A DNA stretch of 64,000 nucleotides from a virus. Taxonomy: Duplodnaviria > Heunggongvirae > Uroviricota > Caudoviricetes. Under the pieces are notes generated by a model. It saw nothing but the letters and a program-made list of their open reading frames with translations, ran no database searches and was not told the DNA's origin. A program made the translations under genes and the position numbers. How positions within the stretch are numbered: position 1 is the first letter of the stretch; each line of letters opens with the position of its first letter. The stretch spans positions 33,412-97,411 of the IMG/VR virus record IMGVR_UViG_3300036670_000258. One strand, 5' to 3'. This document shows, one piece after another, positions 50,467 to 59,956 of the stretch.

Positions 50467-50477
50467 ATTAAGTATTA

Positions 50478-52325
50478 CTATTCTTGATATATTATGTTTG
50501 CAGCCATTTCTTCAGCTCCATAACGAGATTCTGTATTTAATGGTGAGTTTGGATTTTCAGAATATGCCCAATCGTTTAACCCTAAATGAGTAAACCTATC
50601 ATTAATTTGTTCATTATAGTATGATGATATGGTTCCTACTCTACGTTGAATATCTGCTCTCGCTAAATCATGTGTATTTTGTCCATTTGAATTACTATAT
50701 AAAAATTGAATATATCCTAATTTAGGTATCTTACATGTAATTGTTTTCAAGAAGGTTCTAACTACTAATTCATAATCATCGGCAATAGCTAGGTTTCGGT
50801 TATGTCCTCCTATTTCAAAATATGTCGATCTTCTCCATGCTCTTACATGATTTGGAACCCCTACTATATGTCTAATTGTTTTTGGATTAATATTATGTTG
50901 AGTTGCGATAGACATAATATTTCCATTATATTCCTCAGATCTATATTTACCATATCCAAGTGCAAATCCTTCAGGATACGTTTGGGATTCCCATTGTTCA
51001 TTGACCTCGAGGGTATCATTAAAAAAGAAGCCGGCCTCAGGATGTTTCTTCGACGCCTTAAATAAATCCATAGTACATGATGGAACCAATAAATCGTCAT
51101 GATCTAATTCTGCAAGAAGATATCCCTTTGCCAATGTACAACATTTCCATTTAACGTCTCCAATATTCCCTCCGCTTTTTTCTCTAAAGTCATATACCTT
51201 AACCCTAGGATCTTTACTTGCGATCTTTTCAGCTACTTTCAGTGACCTACCCCCATCAGTTGAATCATTGACAATTACCCATTCCCAATTAGAATATGTC
51301 TGATTCAATAATGATTGATATGTATTATATAATTTGTTTCCAATATTATAGATCGGTGTAAAATAAGATATCATATCCGCATCTTCTAATCCATTGATGT
51401 CTAACATTGACAGCATGGCACATTGGTATGCAGCTTCTCCTACTTCTTGGTTTGTTTTTTCATGCGTCATATTAATCCACTTTCTTCTAAATTGTAAAGG
51501 TAGTTGAGATAGATTTTCGAAATCTTTCCAACTATTTCCTCGAGTTACAATACTATCTGGTTTAAATGAAGCAATTTGAGATATAATATCGTCGTCATTT
51601 TTTAGATATAATACATTTAAATTGTCTGCCTCATAATTTACATATTGAATAGACCGGAGCACTGGCATATCCTTTCCAATATATATTATCTTCGGAACAT
51701 TTGCCAATGGTTTTAATGATAAAGCATTATAATAACACAATTCTTTTTTTACAAAAAAGAAGATATCTGGTTTTTCATTATATACCTTTTCGATTAGTAT
51801 TCCATCTGCACAATAATCAGGTTCGAATGAGTATTCCACATTGTTATTATATACATTTGAATGTATAATATATTGTGCTAAATCGACTAAGCCAACTTTC
51901 ATAGCAGATGGAATAGCAATCCTACTTGTAAGTCCGCTATGATCTCTTTTATCTACCTTTTGTGAAAATACATAAACACTGTGATATGGGTGATGTTGAT
52001 TTGTTTCAAATATATTTTTATAGAATTGAGGATGTAATATGTTATCGTCATCTATAAAATATACCCACGTATCAGTGAATGATTTTATTAATTTACTACA
52101 CTGTGGAAATAACATACCCACTGAATCTCCTCTTTCAAAATGATATATTGTATTTTTATCCTTGATGTCAAATAGCAATTCAGCATCAATATCTTTAAGT
52201 GATGTTACATCAAACATGACATGCCATTTAATGTTAATATCTTCGGGTATATTATTAAATATTGATTTTTTAACTTCTTTTAAATTATGTAACCGTGTAC
52301 ATCTCGTTATTATACTAATATTCAT
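50478..52325 (-). CDS. glycosyltransferase with two GT2/GT-A domains
   Basis: Domain 1 MNISIITRC...YFIDDDNILHP; domain 2 ISYFTPIYN...WEWVIVNDS...AELDHDD...ADDYEL. Start set at MNISII. Confidence 0.85.
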   Translation of the reverse strand: MNISIITRCTRLHNLKEVKKSIFNNIPEDINIKWHVMFDVTSLKDIDAELLFDIKDKNTIYHFERGDSVGMLFPQCSKLIKSFTDTWVYFIDDDNILHPQFYKNIFETNQHHPYHSVYVFSQKVDKRDHSGLTSRIAIPSAMKVGLVDLAQYIIHSNVYNNNVEYSFEPDYCADGILIEKVYNEKPDIFFFVKKELCYYNALSLKPLANVPKIIYIGKDMPVLRSIQYVNYEADNLNVLYLKNDDDIISQIASFKPDSIVTRGNSWKDFENLSQLPLQFRRKWINMTHEKTNQEVGEAAYQCAMLSMLDINGLEDADMISYFTPIYNIGNKLYNTYQSLLNQTYSNWEWVIVNDSTDGGRSLKVAEKIASKDPRVKVYDFREKSGGNIGDVKWKCCTLAKGYLLAELDHDDLLVPSCTMDLFKASKKHPEAGFFFNDTLEVNEQWESQTYPEGFALGYGKYRSEEYNGNIMSIATQHNINPKTIRHIVGVPNHVRAWRRSTYFEIGGHNRNLAIADDYELVVRTFLKTITCKIPKLGYIQFLYSNSNGQNTHDLARADIQRRVGTISSYYNEQINDRFTHLGLNDWAYSENPNSPLNTESRYGAEEMAANIIYQE

Positions 52326-52341
52326 TGTATTTTTTATTAAA

Positions 52342-53274
52342 TTAAATGTCAAAAAAGAACATGTGAAATAGTCTTGCGTTTTCCTTTTTATCTCCAAAAT
52401 ATTGCGTGGCAGCGTGAATGTTTTTAGCGTCAAACAGGACTAGTCGATTATATTTGTTTCCTATTTCATCAATTTTTTCAAAGTGACTTCCATCATAGAA
52501 ATTCATTTCAGCATTACTTCCCTTAAATGCATTTACATAACTTTCAGTCATTCTTTTTTCATTATCAAAGGAATAATCGCCAGTTACTTTACTTCGATAA
52601 AATGTAGTTCCGGAATTAGCCGGAGCGTCTGGTGATAAAAATACCATACCTGCATAATTTTGATTGTCAACATGATAAACGATAGGCTGATCTGCTGTGC
52701 AGAATTGAAATATTCCGTTTGCGTAACTATCATCATTCCAATTATAAATAGGTTTACCTATTATTTTTTCAAGTTTTTCTTTCATACCAATAATAGAAAA
52801 CCTTTCAGTTGCCCTCTCTCCTTTATGATAACTTGATGGTGAAAAATATATTTCTTTGATTGCCCATTCACGTATAAAATCAGGGTCTGAATAAAAATCA
52901 TCTACTACAATTAATCCCTTTTCTTCAGATTTAAATCCAGAATGGTATGCGATCCACTTTGCCATAGAGCCAATATCTAATAGTTCCTTTTTCCCCTTTA
53001 CCTTTAATTGAATAGAATCAAATGCATTTGATTTTTTTAGATAAAAATTAATACCAGGATTTAAATCAGTTGGATTGTAATATAGCGTCACATCTTGCCT
53101 TGGAGTAAATATAGGTGAAACAGATTTTTTATCTATTAAAATATCTTCAATATTGTATTTAGTTGAACAGATCCATCCGTGGATATCATGGAGCGTGTCG
53201 GAATGGTCTGATATGCTGTCAATATACATGTATACTTCTGGCATATTAGTCTCATGTTTAATTATGTTTGCCAT
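52342..53274 (-). CDS. 2OG-Fe(II) dioxygenase (DUF6445-like) with N-terminal extra domain
   Basis: VVDDFYSDP, HxD (YHVD), YAGMVFL.P, GTTFY, YNRLVLFD...IHAA, RLF. Confidence 0.8.
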   Translation of the reverse strand: MANIIKHETNMPEVYMYIDSISDHSDTLHDIHGWICSTKYNIEDILIDKKSVSPIFTPRQDVTLYYNPTDLNPGINFYLKKSNAFDSIQLKVKGKKELLDIGSMAKWIAYHSGFKSEEKGLIVVDDFYSDPDFIREWAIKEIYFSPSSYHKGERATERFSIIGMKEKLEKIIGKPIYNWNDDSYANGIFQFCTADQPIVYHVDNQNYAGMVFLSPDAPANSGTTFYRSKVTGDYSFDNEKRMTESYVNAFKGSNAEMNFYDGSHFEKIDEIGNKYNRLVLFDAKNIHAATQYFGDKKENARLFHMFFFDI

Positions 53275-53326
53275 ACTAATTATTAGTTAAAGTTATTATT
53301 ATATTATATTATTATATATCGCTAAA

Positions 53327-53348
53327 AAAGATCCGATAAAGGATCTTT
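53327..53348 (-). terminator. probable terminator
   Basis: AAAGATCC-gataaa-GGATCTTT. Confidence 0.6.
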
Positions 53349-53387
53349 AAATAGCTGTTATTATTATATAAACAATGGTAGACTTGT

Positions 53388-53864
53388 TTATAGTAAGTCT
53401 TCAATATTAGATACTCCAAAAATTGATTCTAACTTTTCCTTTAATTTACCATACGCAAATGTAAATATATCAGATTCTGTTATAGGTAAAAAATCAGCTA
53501 CAGTAACTTGTATTGTTTCAGTTACTGTCTTTAAGATGTCTCGTATTTCGGTAACAATATTTCCATTCTCATCAGTATATGTGATTTCAGTAGGTACCAT
53601 TCTTTCAATAGATACCTCCTTGTCTATTTGCTTTGTTAAAGATAAAGTTAAAGTATCGCCGATCTGATTATTTCGGGTTGAAGTCATTGACCCTGGGGTA
53701 TATTGTCCATACACTGGCATTATTGAATTTTCTATATTTAAAAAAGTTTCAATATTAAGAGACATATTCCCTGTCTTTGATATAGTATAATTTGTAATTC
53801 TAATGTAGGCCTCATTTGTTATTCCATCAGATGTTCCCACTTGTGTATTAATTCTAAGTCCCAT
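53388..53864 (-). CDS. hypothetical protein, possible fiber assembly factor
   Basis: Directly downstream of a fiber gene; FAYGKLKE C-terminal helix. Confidence 0.4.
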   Translation of the reverse strand: MGLRINTQVGTSDGITNEAYIRITNYTISKTGNMSLNIETFLNIENSIMPVYGQYTPGSMTSTRNNQIGDTLTLSLTKQIDKEVSIERMVPTEITYTDENGNIVTEIRDILKTVTETIQVTVADFLPITESDIFTFAYGKLKEKLESIFGVSNIEDLL

Positions 53865-53887
53865 ACTCTATTGTTTTATATTTTTTA

Positions 53888-56158
53888 TTATTTATCTTTA
53901 TTTTTTAAAAGAAGTCTTACAAGTTCCTTTAATTCATCTATTTGTGATTGTTGTTCCTTTATAGCTTCAATGAAAAGACCCGCCATGTTACCATATGCGA
54001 CCGAGTACATTCCAGTTACGTCTGCTTTAACTAATTCTGGCATTACCTTTAAAACTTCCTGGGCAATAACACCAGATGATCGAGATATTTTATCATCTTT
54101 GTCATTTCTTGTAAATGTAACACCCCGGAGCGCTTTAATCTTTTCAATTGCATCTGGAATTACTTTAATGTTTTCTTTAACTCTAATATCCGAAAATGCA
54201 GTAATATCACCACTTGCTGTAATTGAGCCAGTAACAAGTAAATTGTAATTAACTCGTGTATTGTTATCTCCATTACCTACTGAGAAGGCTTCTACGTTCC
54301 TATACCCTCCGGTATAGAAAACATGTCCTCCATATCCTTGATGCGCGCTATATCTAACTCCTGTATAAAATGAAACATCTAAAGGTTGTGTCCAGTCACC
54401 TGCAGACTTTCCTATCCAGTAATTCATATCATTATTATTCAAATACATGCCTATTGCAGCTGAATTAGTAACACTACCTCCTCCTAATATAAAGGTGTTT
54501 CCTGAGATATTATTAGCAGTATTTGCATTACCATTCAATGCTCCATTAAACGTAGGTGCTGTTAATGCACCTGTTAAAGTTCCTCCACTAATAGGCAATG
54601 CATAACTTGCTACGTTTGAACTATTAAGATAATAAGCCCATCCTCCGAAAGTACCGCCTGACACACACCTTACTGCTAATTTATTAGCATTATCTTCCCA
54701 TCCCCATGCTATTTGAGTTCCCCATAAATTACCTCCGTTAGCGTGACGAAGAGTTTCATAGTTCCACCATGTTCCACCAGGACCATTAGAAATATTCGAA
54801 TTATCACCTGAGTATCTCTTAGTGCCAGCTTCTGTTGCACTAAATTCTGCGTTTGCATCAGTAAAAGATTTTCTCTGGAAAGCAGTAGCGTATGATGCAT
54901 TACCGCCAATACTTAATGAACCCGCATTCCCGGTTAATCCGCCGCCAGACCCATAATATGTTCCTGCAATACCTATGTTTCCTGATGATGCATTTAAAAA
55001 TATTCTTGAAGCACCGTTTGCTGCAACATACATTCCCCATCCAGATCCAGCACCCTGGGCACTTACACCTGCATTACCGCCAACATTAAATCCTATACCG
55101 TACATAATACCAAGGGATGTAAGGGCAGGATTATATGCACTACCGATAGTATATATGGGATTTGTGTGAGCGGCATTATCTCCGACATTATTATATGAGC
55201 CTTCGAGAAATCCGGTAATTGAAGATGTTCGTTTAATTGTACCCGATAAAGTACCTCCTGTTAATGGTAATTTACTACTGTCAGTTGCAGTGGTAGTTGG
55301 TGGTCCAACTGCACCTTGAGGTCCAACTAATCCTTGAGGTCCAATTAATCCCTGATCTCCAATAAATCCTTGAAACCCAACTAATCCCTGTTGTCCAATA
55401 AATCCTTGAAAACCTCGTAATCCTTGAGGTCCAACTAATCCTTGAGGTCCAATTAATCCCTGATCTCCTTTAAAACCCTGAGGTCCAACTAATCCTTGAG
55501 GTCCAATTAATCCCTGATCTCCAATAAATCCTTGAAACCCAACTAATCCCTGATCTCCTTTAAAACCTTGAAACCCAATTAATCCTTGAGGTCCAACTGA
55601 TCCTTGATTTCCAACTAATCCTTGAGGTCCAACTAATCCCTGTTGTCCAATAAATCCTTGAAAACCTCGTAATCCTTGATTTCCAATTAATCCTTGATTT
55701 CCAATTAATCCTTGAGGTCCAACTAATCCTTGAAACCCAACTAATCCTTGAGGTCCAGTAATACCTTGAAACCCAACTAATCCTTGAGGTCCAGTAATAC
55801 CTTGATTTCCAACTAATCCCTGTTGTCCAACTAATCCTTGAAAACCTTGTAATCCTTGATTTCCAACTAATCCTTGAGGTCCAACTAGCCCTTGAGGTCC
55901 AACTAATCCTTGAGGTCCAGTAATACCTTGATTTCCAACTAATCCCTGAGGTCCAGTAATACCTTGATTTCCAACTAATCCCTGTTGTCCAACTAATCCT
56001 TGAAAACCTTGTAATCCTTGATTTCCAACTAATCCTTGAGGTCCAACTAGCCCTTGAGCGCCTATAATACCCTGATTTCCTTGGTATCCTTGATTTCCAA
56101 TAGTAGATAACGCTTCTTCTAGCCCATCTATTTGTTTGATTTTAATTGGTGGAGGCAT
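53888..56158 (-). CDS. collagen-like fiber protein with C-terminal intramolecular chaperone (peptidase S74)
   Basis: 89 Gly-X-Y triplets; fiber-knob segment WGTQIAWG...LAVR...FGGW; FSDIRVKENI...LRGVTF...GVIAQEV...VAYGNM. Confidence 0.88.
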   Translation of the reverse strand: MPPPIKIKQIDGLEEALSTIGNQGYQGNQGIIGAQGLVGPQGLVGNQGLQGFQGLVGQQGLVGNQGITGPQGLVGNQGITGPQGLVGPQGLVGPQGLVGNQGLQGFQGLVGQQGLVGNQGITGPQGLVGFQGITGPQGLVGFQGLVGPQGLIGNQGLIGNQGLRGFQGFIGQQGLVGPQGLVGNQGSVGPQGLIGFQGFKGDQGLVGFQGFIGDQGLIGPQGLVGPQGFKGDQGLIGPQGLVGPQGLRGFQGFIGQQGLVGFQGFIGDQGLIGPQGLVGPQGAVGPPTTTATDSSKLPLTGGTLSGTIKRTSSITGFLEGSYNNVGDNAAHTNPIYTIGSAYNPALTSLGIMYGIGFNVGGNAGVSAQGAGSGWGMYVAANGASRIFLNASSGNIGIAGTYYGSGGGLTGNAGSLSIGGNASYATAFQRKSFTDANAEFSATEAGTKRYSGDNSNISNGPGGTWWNYETLRHANGGNLWGTQIAWGWEDNANKLAVRCVSGGTFGGWAYYLNSSNVASYALPISGGTLTGALTAPTFNGALNGNANTANNISGNTFILGGGSVTNSAAIGMYLNNNDMNYWIGKSAGDWTQPLDVSFYTGVRYSAHQGYGGHVFYTGGYRNVEAFSVGNGDNNTRVNYNLLVTGSITASGDITAFSDIRVKENIKVIPDAIEKIKALRGVTFTRNDKDDKISRSSGVIAQEVLKVMPELVKADVTGMYSVAYGNMAGLFIEAIKEQQSQIDELKELVRLLLKNKDK
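55298..56098 (-). repeat. uninterrupted (Gly-X-Y)89 with 18-bp/6-aa period
   Basis: Counted from the translation; typical DNA unit CCTTGAGGTCCAACTAAT on the plus strand. Confidence 0.95.
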
Positions 56159-56202
56159 ATGTGTTTACTTACTTTTTAATAATGATTGTAGTATTATATA
56201 TT

Positions 56203-57405
56203 TTATTTATATAGGTTAGTTTTCCAATTATACTTATATGTCTTTTTGTGTTTGTGTAAATCTGGCTCCCAGAGATTTCTTATTAACATTTCATATGTTT
56301 TGATTATTTCGGGATTTGTCGATATGTATCTATTTAAAACTTTATCACTTTTTTCTTTATATTCTTTAATTTGAGAATCATGTTTATTTATAGCAATGTC
56401 TAGTTGTTTCATTCCTCCTGAAATTTCAAAGTCCTTGTAATAATATCCAGCATCTTTAATAAAATCAGCATTGTGCACTACTGGATAATTAAAATAGAGC
56501 GCGTCTAAATATGAATAATTTAATGGATTTCCCCACTGATGAGCTAGCACTATATCTGTTTCCTCCGCAAGAAATGTAGTTACCGGATATCTTGGAATAA
56601 ACTTTATTAATGGACTTTTTGCATTAACTATATCCATTAATTTTAACATTCCCATAAAGTACTTGTTTTTTAGTAATCTATTACCACTTCCGACAAACAG
56701 TTGTTTAAATGAACCTTCTCCGAATTTTCTATAAAATGATTCAACAATCATAATCGGTATTAACGCGTATTTTACTACGTTTAAATTTGGTTCCATTACT
56801 GATATTTTCTTTTCAGAAATAGGACGAGGTTGATATTCTGGTATTTTTTTACCAAGTGACTGTAGTATTTTTTTGTTTTTTTCAATAAACATAGGGTCCC
56901 ATATAAATGGAACTACCTTAACCTTTCCAGGTTCATGTCTATATATTAATTCAAAATATTCTTTATTATGTAGTTCTTGCTGTGGAATTATCCATGTTTC
57001 GTCATGACCTTTATCCCATGCGGGTAATCCAGGTGCATCACTTTCTCCAAATAAAACTCTTTCCATGTCTATTACATAATTGTTGCCACATTGGTACTTT
57101 ACGACCCTTGCATTTGGATTATTTTTTCTAAGAGCTGCAGTATATATTTCAGGTAATGAGGTTCCAAGTGTTATCAATAAGTCTAATTCTTTCCATTTGT
57201 CCTTATATTTATAAGTCTTAAATATGTTAGTATCCCAAGTTACCTTCGATAGATCCTGTACAATGTTCGATGTGTCTAATATCCAAACGTCGTTGCCTTT
57301 GATTTGTAATAGGGTGTGCGCTAGATATAATGCATTGAGTTTTATCCCATTAATCCATAATGATTCGTTTTCTTGTGAAAGTCCTATAGTTATTCCTATT
57401 TTCAT
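56203..57405 (-). CDS. DUF2827-like putative glycosyltransferase
   Basis: SLWINGIK.NA, EPNLNVVK, TDIVLAHQWGNPLNYSYLDAL..NYPVVHN...GYYY pattern recalled for DUF2827; not database-verified. Confidence 0.7.
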   Translation of the reverse strand: MKIGITIGLSQENESLWINGIKLNALYLAHTLLQIKGNDVWILDTSNIVQDLSKVTWDTNIFKTYKYKDKWKELDLLITLGTSLPEIYTAALRKNNPNARVVKYQCGNNYVIDMERVLFGESDAPGLPAWDKGHDETWIIPQQELHNKEYFELIYRHEPGKVKVVPFIWDPMFIEKNKKILQSLGKKIPEYQPRPISEKKISVMEPNLNVVKYALIPIMIVESFYRKFGEGSFKQLFVGSGNRLLKNKYFMGMLKLMDIVNAKSPLIKFIPRYPVTTFLAEETDIVLAHQWGNPLNYSYLDALYFNYPVVHNADFIKDAGYYYKDFEISGGMKQLDIAINKHDSQIKEYKEKSDKVLNRYISTNPEIIKTYEMLIRNLWEPDLHKHKKTYKYNWKTNLYK

Positions 57406-57442
57406 ATAAGCATTAATTTTTATACTGTATATATTACATAAA

Positions 57443-57466
57443 AAAAGGACCTAAAAAGGTCCTTTT
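57443..57466 (-). terminator. probable terminator
   Basis: AAAAGGACCT-aaaa-AGGTCCTTTT. Confidence 0.75.
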
Positions 57467-57484
57467 AATACTATTTGCTGAAAA

Positions 57485-58621
57485 TTAAAATTGATAAGTA
57501 ATCACAACAACATCGTTCGCGTCTATTGCATATCCTGGATTTGCGATAACAACCGAGGTTCCACTCACAGAGGCTATTGACGTTTTAATACCATTCACAT
57601 ACGCTTGAGCCAAATACTTGTTATTGTCCTGTACTGGATTTATAAGAGAATATGTCAAAGATATCGTTCCAGTAAATGTTTCTTCAAACATTTCAAAGTC
57701 CTGCATAAGAGCACTTTCAATTGAAGTTACTTTCGTGGTTATTGATGTTTCGGCTGCGATAGCTCTTGCCTTTTCAATAGAGTCCTGTACCGATACAACC
57801 GCCTCAACTCTTACAAAGTCAGAATTGGTAGATGAAATTTCAGAACTTAAAGCTGATGTTAATAATGTTGCTCTAGTATTTATTGAAGTTACATCGCTAT
57901 TGGTAGCTACTATTTCCGAACTTAAGGCAGCTGCGAGAGCAGTTGCTCTAGCATCGATTGAAGTTACATCATTATTAGTAGATACAATTTCTGAACTTAA
58001 GGACGCTGCAAGTGCAGTTGCCCTGGTATCAATTGAAGTTACATCATTATTAGTAGATACAATTTCGGAACTTAAGGACGCTGCGAGCGCATTTGCTCTA
58101 GTATTTATTGAAGTTACATCTGAATTTGTAGCTGCAATTTCAGCGTTTAAGTTACCAACTACTACTGCTAGTGCGCCATCATTTGTCGTATCTACTGCGT
58201 TAATTAACGAAACTATTTCAACAAAAGAGTCTTTATCGGCGTCAGACGCTGTCAAAATCGCATCAATTCTCGATTTTTCAGTGTTAATATTTGCTGACAG
58301 ATTAGATTCTACCGAAGTAGCTCTATTAATTTCCGTAGTTAACCTATTAGTTATAGAAAGCTCACTTGAAGTTGCTCTAGTTATTTCGGCTGAAATAGAA
58401 CCATCAATTCGAGTAACATCGGAATTTGTTGAGTTTATTTCAGTAGAAAGCGCAACTTCTAATGAATCTATGGATGCGTTAATATTTCCAGTAATTTGAC
58501 CCGTAACTGAGTCGATATACGCCTTAGTAGCTACGGCTCCTGCTATTTTATTTTCGGTTACCGTTGCCCAGTTTACCGTTGCTAAAAAGTCTGCAATTTG
58601 CTTAGACCTAATTTGTGCCAT
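57485..58621 (-). CDS. coiled-coil fiber/stalk protein with 25-aa repeats
   Basis: EITRAT/EINRAT coil motifs, tandem 25-mers, C-terminal VNG...GYAIDAND.V.ITY domain. Confidence 0.65.
   Translation of the reverse strand: MAQIRSKQIADFLATVNWATVTENKIAGAVATKAYIDSVTGQITGNINASIDSLEVALSTEINSTNSDVTRIDGSISAEITRATSSELSITNRLTTEINRATSVESNLSANINTEKSRIDAILTASDADKDSFVEIVSLINAVDTTNDGALAVVVGNLNAEIAATNSDVTSINTRANALAASLSSEIVSTNNDVTSIDTRATALAASLSSEIVSTNNDVTSIDARATALAAALSSEIVATNSDVTSINTRATLLTSALSSEISSTNSDFVRVEAVVSVQDSIEKARAIAAETSITTKVTSIESALMQDFEMFEETFTGTISLTYSLINPVQDNNKYLAQAYVNGIKTSIASVSGTSVVIANPGYAIDANDVVVITYQF
57803..58150 (-). repeat. 75-bp (25-aa) tandem repeat, 4 full copies plus partial
   Basis: LSSEIVSTNNDVTSIDTRATALAAS-type units starting at 58150, 58075, 58000, 57925, 57850. 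Confidence 0.93.
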
Positions 58622-58690
58622 TTTCTTCTTTTTATTTTTAATTCACGTTATTCGTATTTATTATTATATATATTTAATAAATGTGTAGTA

Positions 58691-59914
58691 TTATCCTAAA
58701 TAGTCTATCTCATATATTAAGTTTATTTCATCACCTACTTCTAATTCGAATCCTGCGATATTGCCATTCCATATTAATTGATCTTCTCTTCGTATTTCTC
58801 CAATTAACATTGAAGTTTCACCATTGTTTCCTGAAAAGTAAACTGTCTTATTTTTAGCTCCATCGCCTACATCAACACTAATACCATTCACTTCTACCAT
58901 AACATAGGATTGTTTGTATGGAGAATATGTAATGTATATTCCTGTAGGAGAACCTGCACCATTAGTCGCAAACGCAACTCTTTTGTTCTTGTCAGTATAT
59001 GTTAATACTCCTTCTGGTTTAACTGTAATACCATGTGCATCTATACTGAATGCTACATTATCACCTACTTGCCATATTGATTTATTAACACCTGGTCCTC
59101 TTGAAAAATCTTCAAGAACAACCTTTAAACGAATTCCATCACTGTCAGCGTCAACACCATTTCCAGGAATAACATCAATTCTTTCAGATGTTAAAATTTT
59201 ATATATTGCATAAAATGATGGATTGTCTATACTGAATAATGTAATAATTCCGGTAATATTATCAACTCCCATTCGGTTAACAACAAAATTTTCAAGTGAC
59301 GCAGGTCTAATTAAATTTAAATCTAAATTTCTAAATGTCATTATGCTTATTTCAGAAGGATCCTGTGAATTAACTGACATATATCCATATCTAGAAGGTA
59401 TATCGGAATCTATGTATTCTATCATGTATTCAGAAGATCCAAATGGTTTTCTAGAAATAACCTGAACCGGTGATGGAATTATAACATCAGGGTCGTCTAC
59501 AAATTCTCCAGCGATAATGCGCCCTACTTTAAATAGTGGCATGATGTAAGTCTTTGCTGATGGAAAATAATTACTATAAACTATTCTAATCCTTGCAAAC
59601 AAATCACCAGGATCTAAGTATCTTGAAATGTTATCTATTATTTCAAACGAAATATTTCCTGCATTATTTGTGTTTACACTTCCAAGATTTAATTGCTGTG
59701 AAACTCCAGGAATTACCGGATTTCCAAATACAAGCTGTAAATCACCCGTTTCATTTAATATTTCCACCGAAATTGATGTTACATATTGCAGTGACACTGG
59801 ATTTCCAAGAAAGTCCCTATCTAATTGTATGTTATATGTTTGAGAATTTCCTTGAATCACATTGAATGTTTCTTCAATGCTCGCCAGGATATCTTCTTGA
59901 ATTACGTAAGCCAT
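58691..59914 (-). CDS. putative virion structural protein
   Basis: N-terminal BppU-like QGNSQT..IQL; C-terminal VEVNG...GFELEVGDEINLIY domain shared with 57485..58621. Confidence 0.5.
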   Translation of the reverse strand: MAYVIQEDILASIEETFNVIQGNSQTYNIQLDRDFLGNPVSLQYVTSISVEILNETGDLQLVFGNPVIPGVSQQLNLGSVNTNNAGNISFEIIDNISRYLDPGDLFARIRIVYSNYFPSAKTYIMPLFKVGRIIAGEFVDDPDVIIPSPVQVISRKPFGSSEYMIEYIDSDIPSRYGYMSVNSQDPSEISIMTFRNLDLNLIRPASLENFVVNRMGVDNITGIITLFSIDNPSFYAIYKILTSERIDVIPGNGVDADSDGIRLKVVLEDFSRGPGVNKSIWQVGDNVAFSIDAHGITVKPEGVLTYTDKNKRVAFATNGAGSPTGIYITYSPYKQSYVMVEVNGISVDVGDGAKNKTVYFSGNNGETSMLIGEIRREDQLIWNGNIAGFELEVGDEINLIYEIDYLG

Positions 59915-59956
59915 TTTTAAAATTTATTTTTAATAAGATATGATTGTGTATATATC

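Noticed and set aside
9588-54909. Short alternate-frame minus-strand ORFs nested in larger genes (9588..9779, 30649..30831, 34214..34402, 46792..46977, 50864..51100, 54709..54909)
   Set aside because: Fully inside longer credible genes, with no motifs or lipobox; expected by chance.
55298-58150. Collagen 18-bp repeats and 75-bp repeats as a CRISPR array
   Set aside because: They are in-frame coding tandem repeats with no unique spacers and no cas genes.
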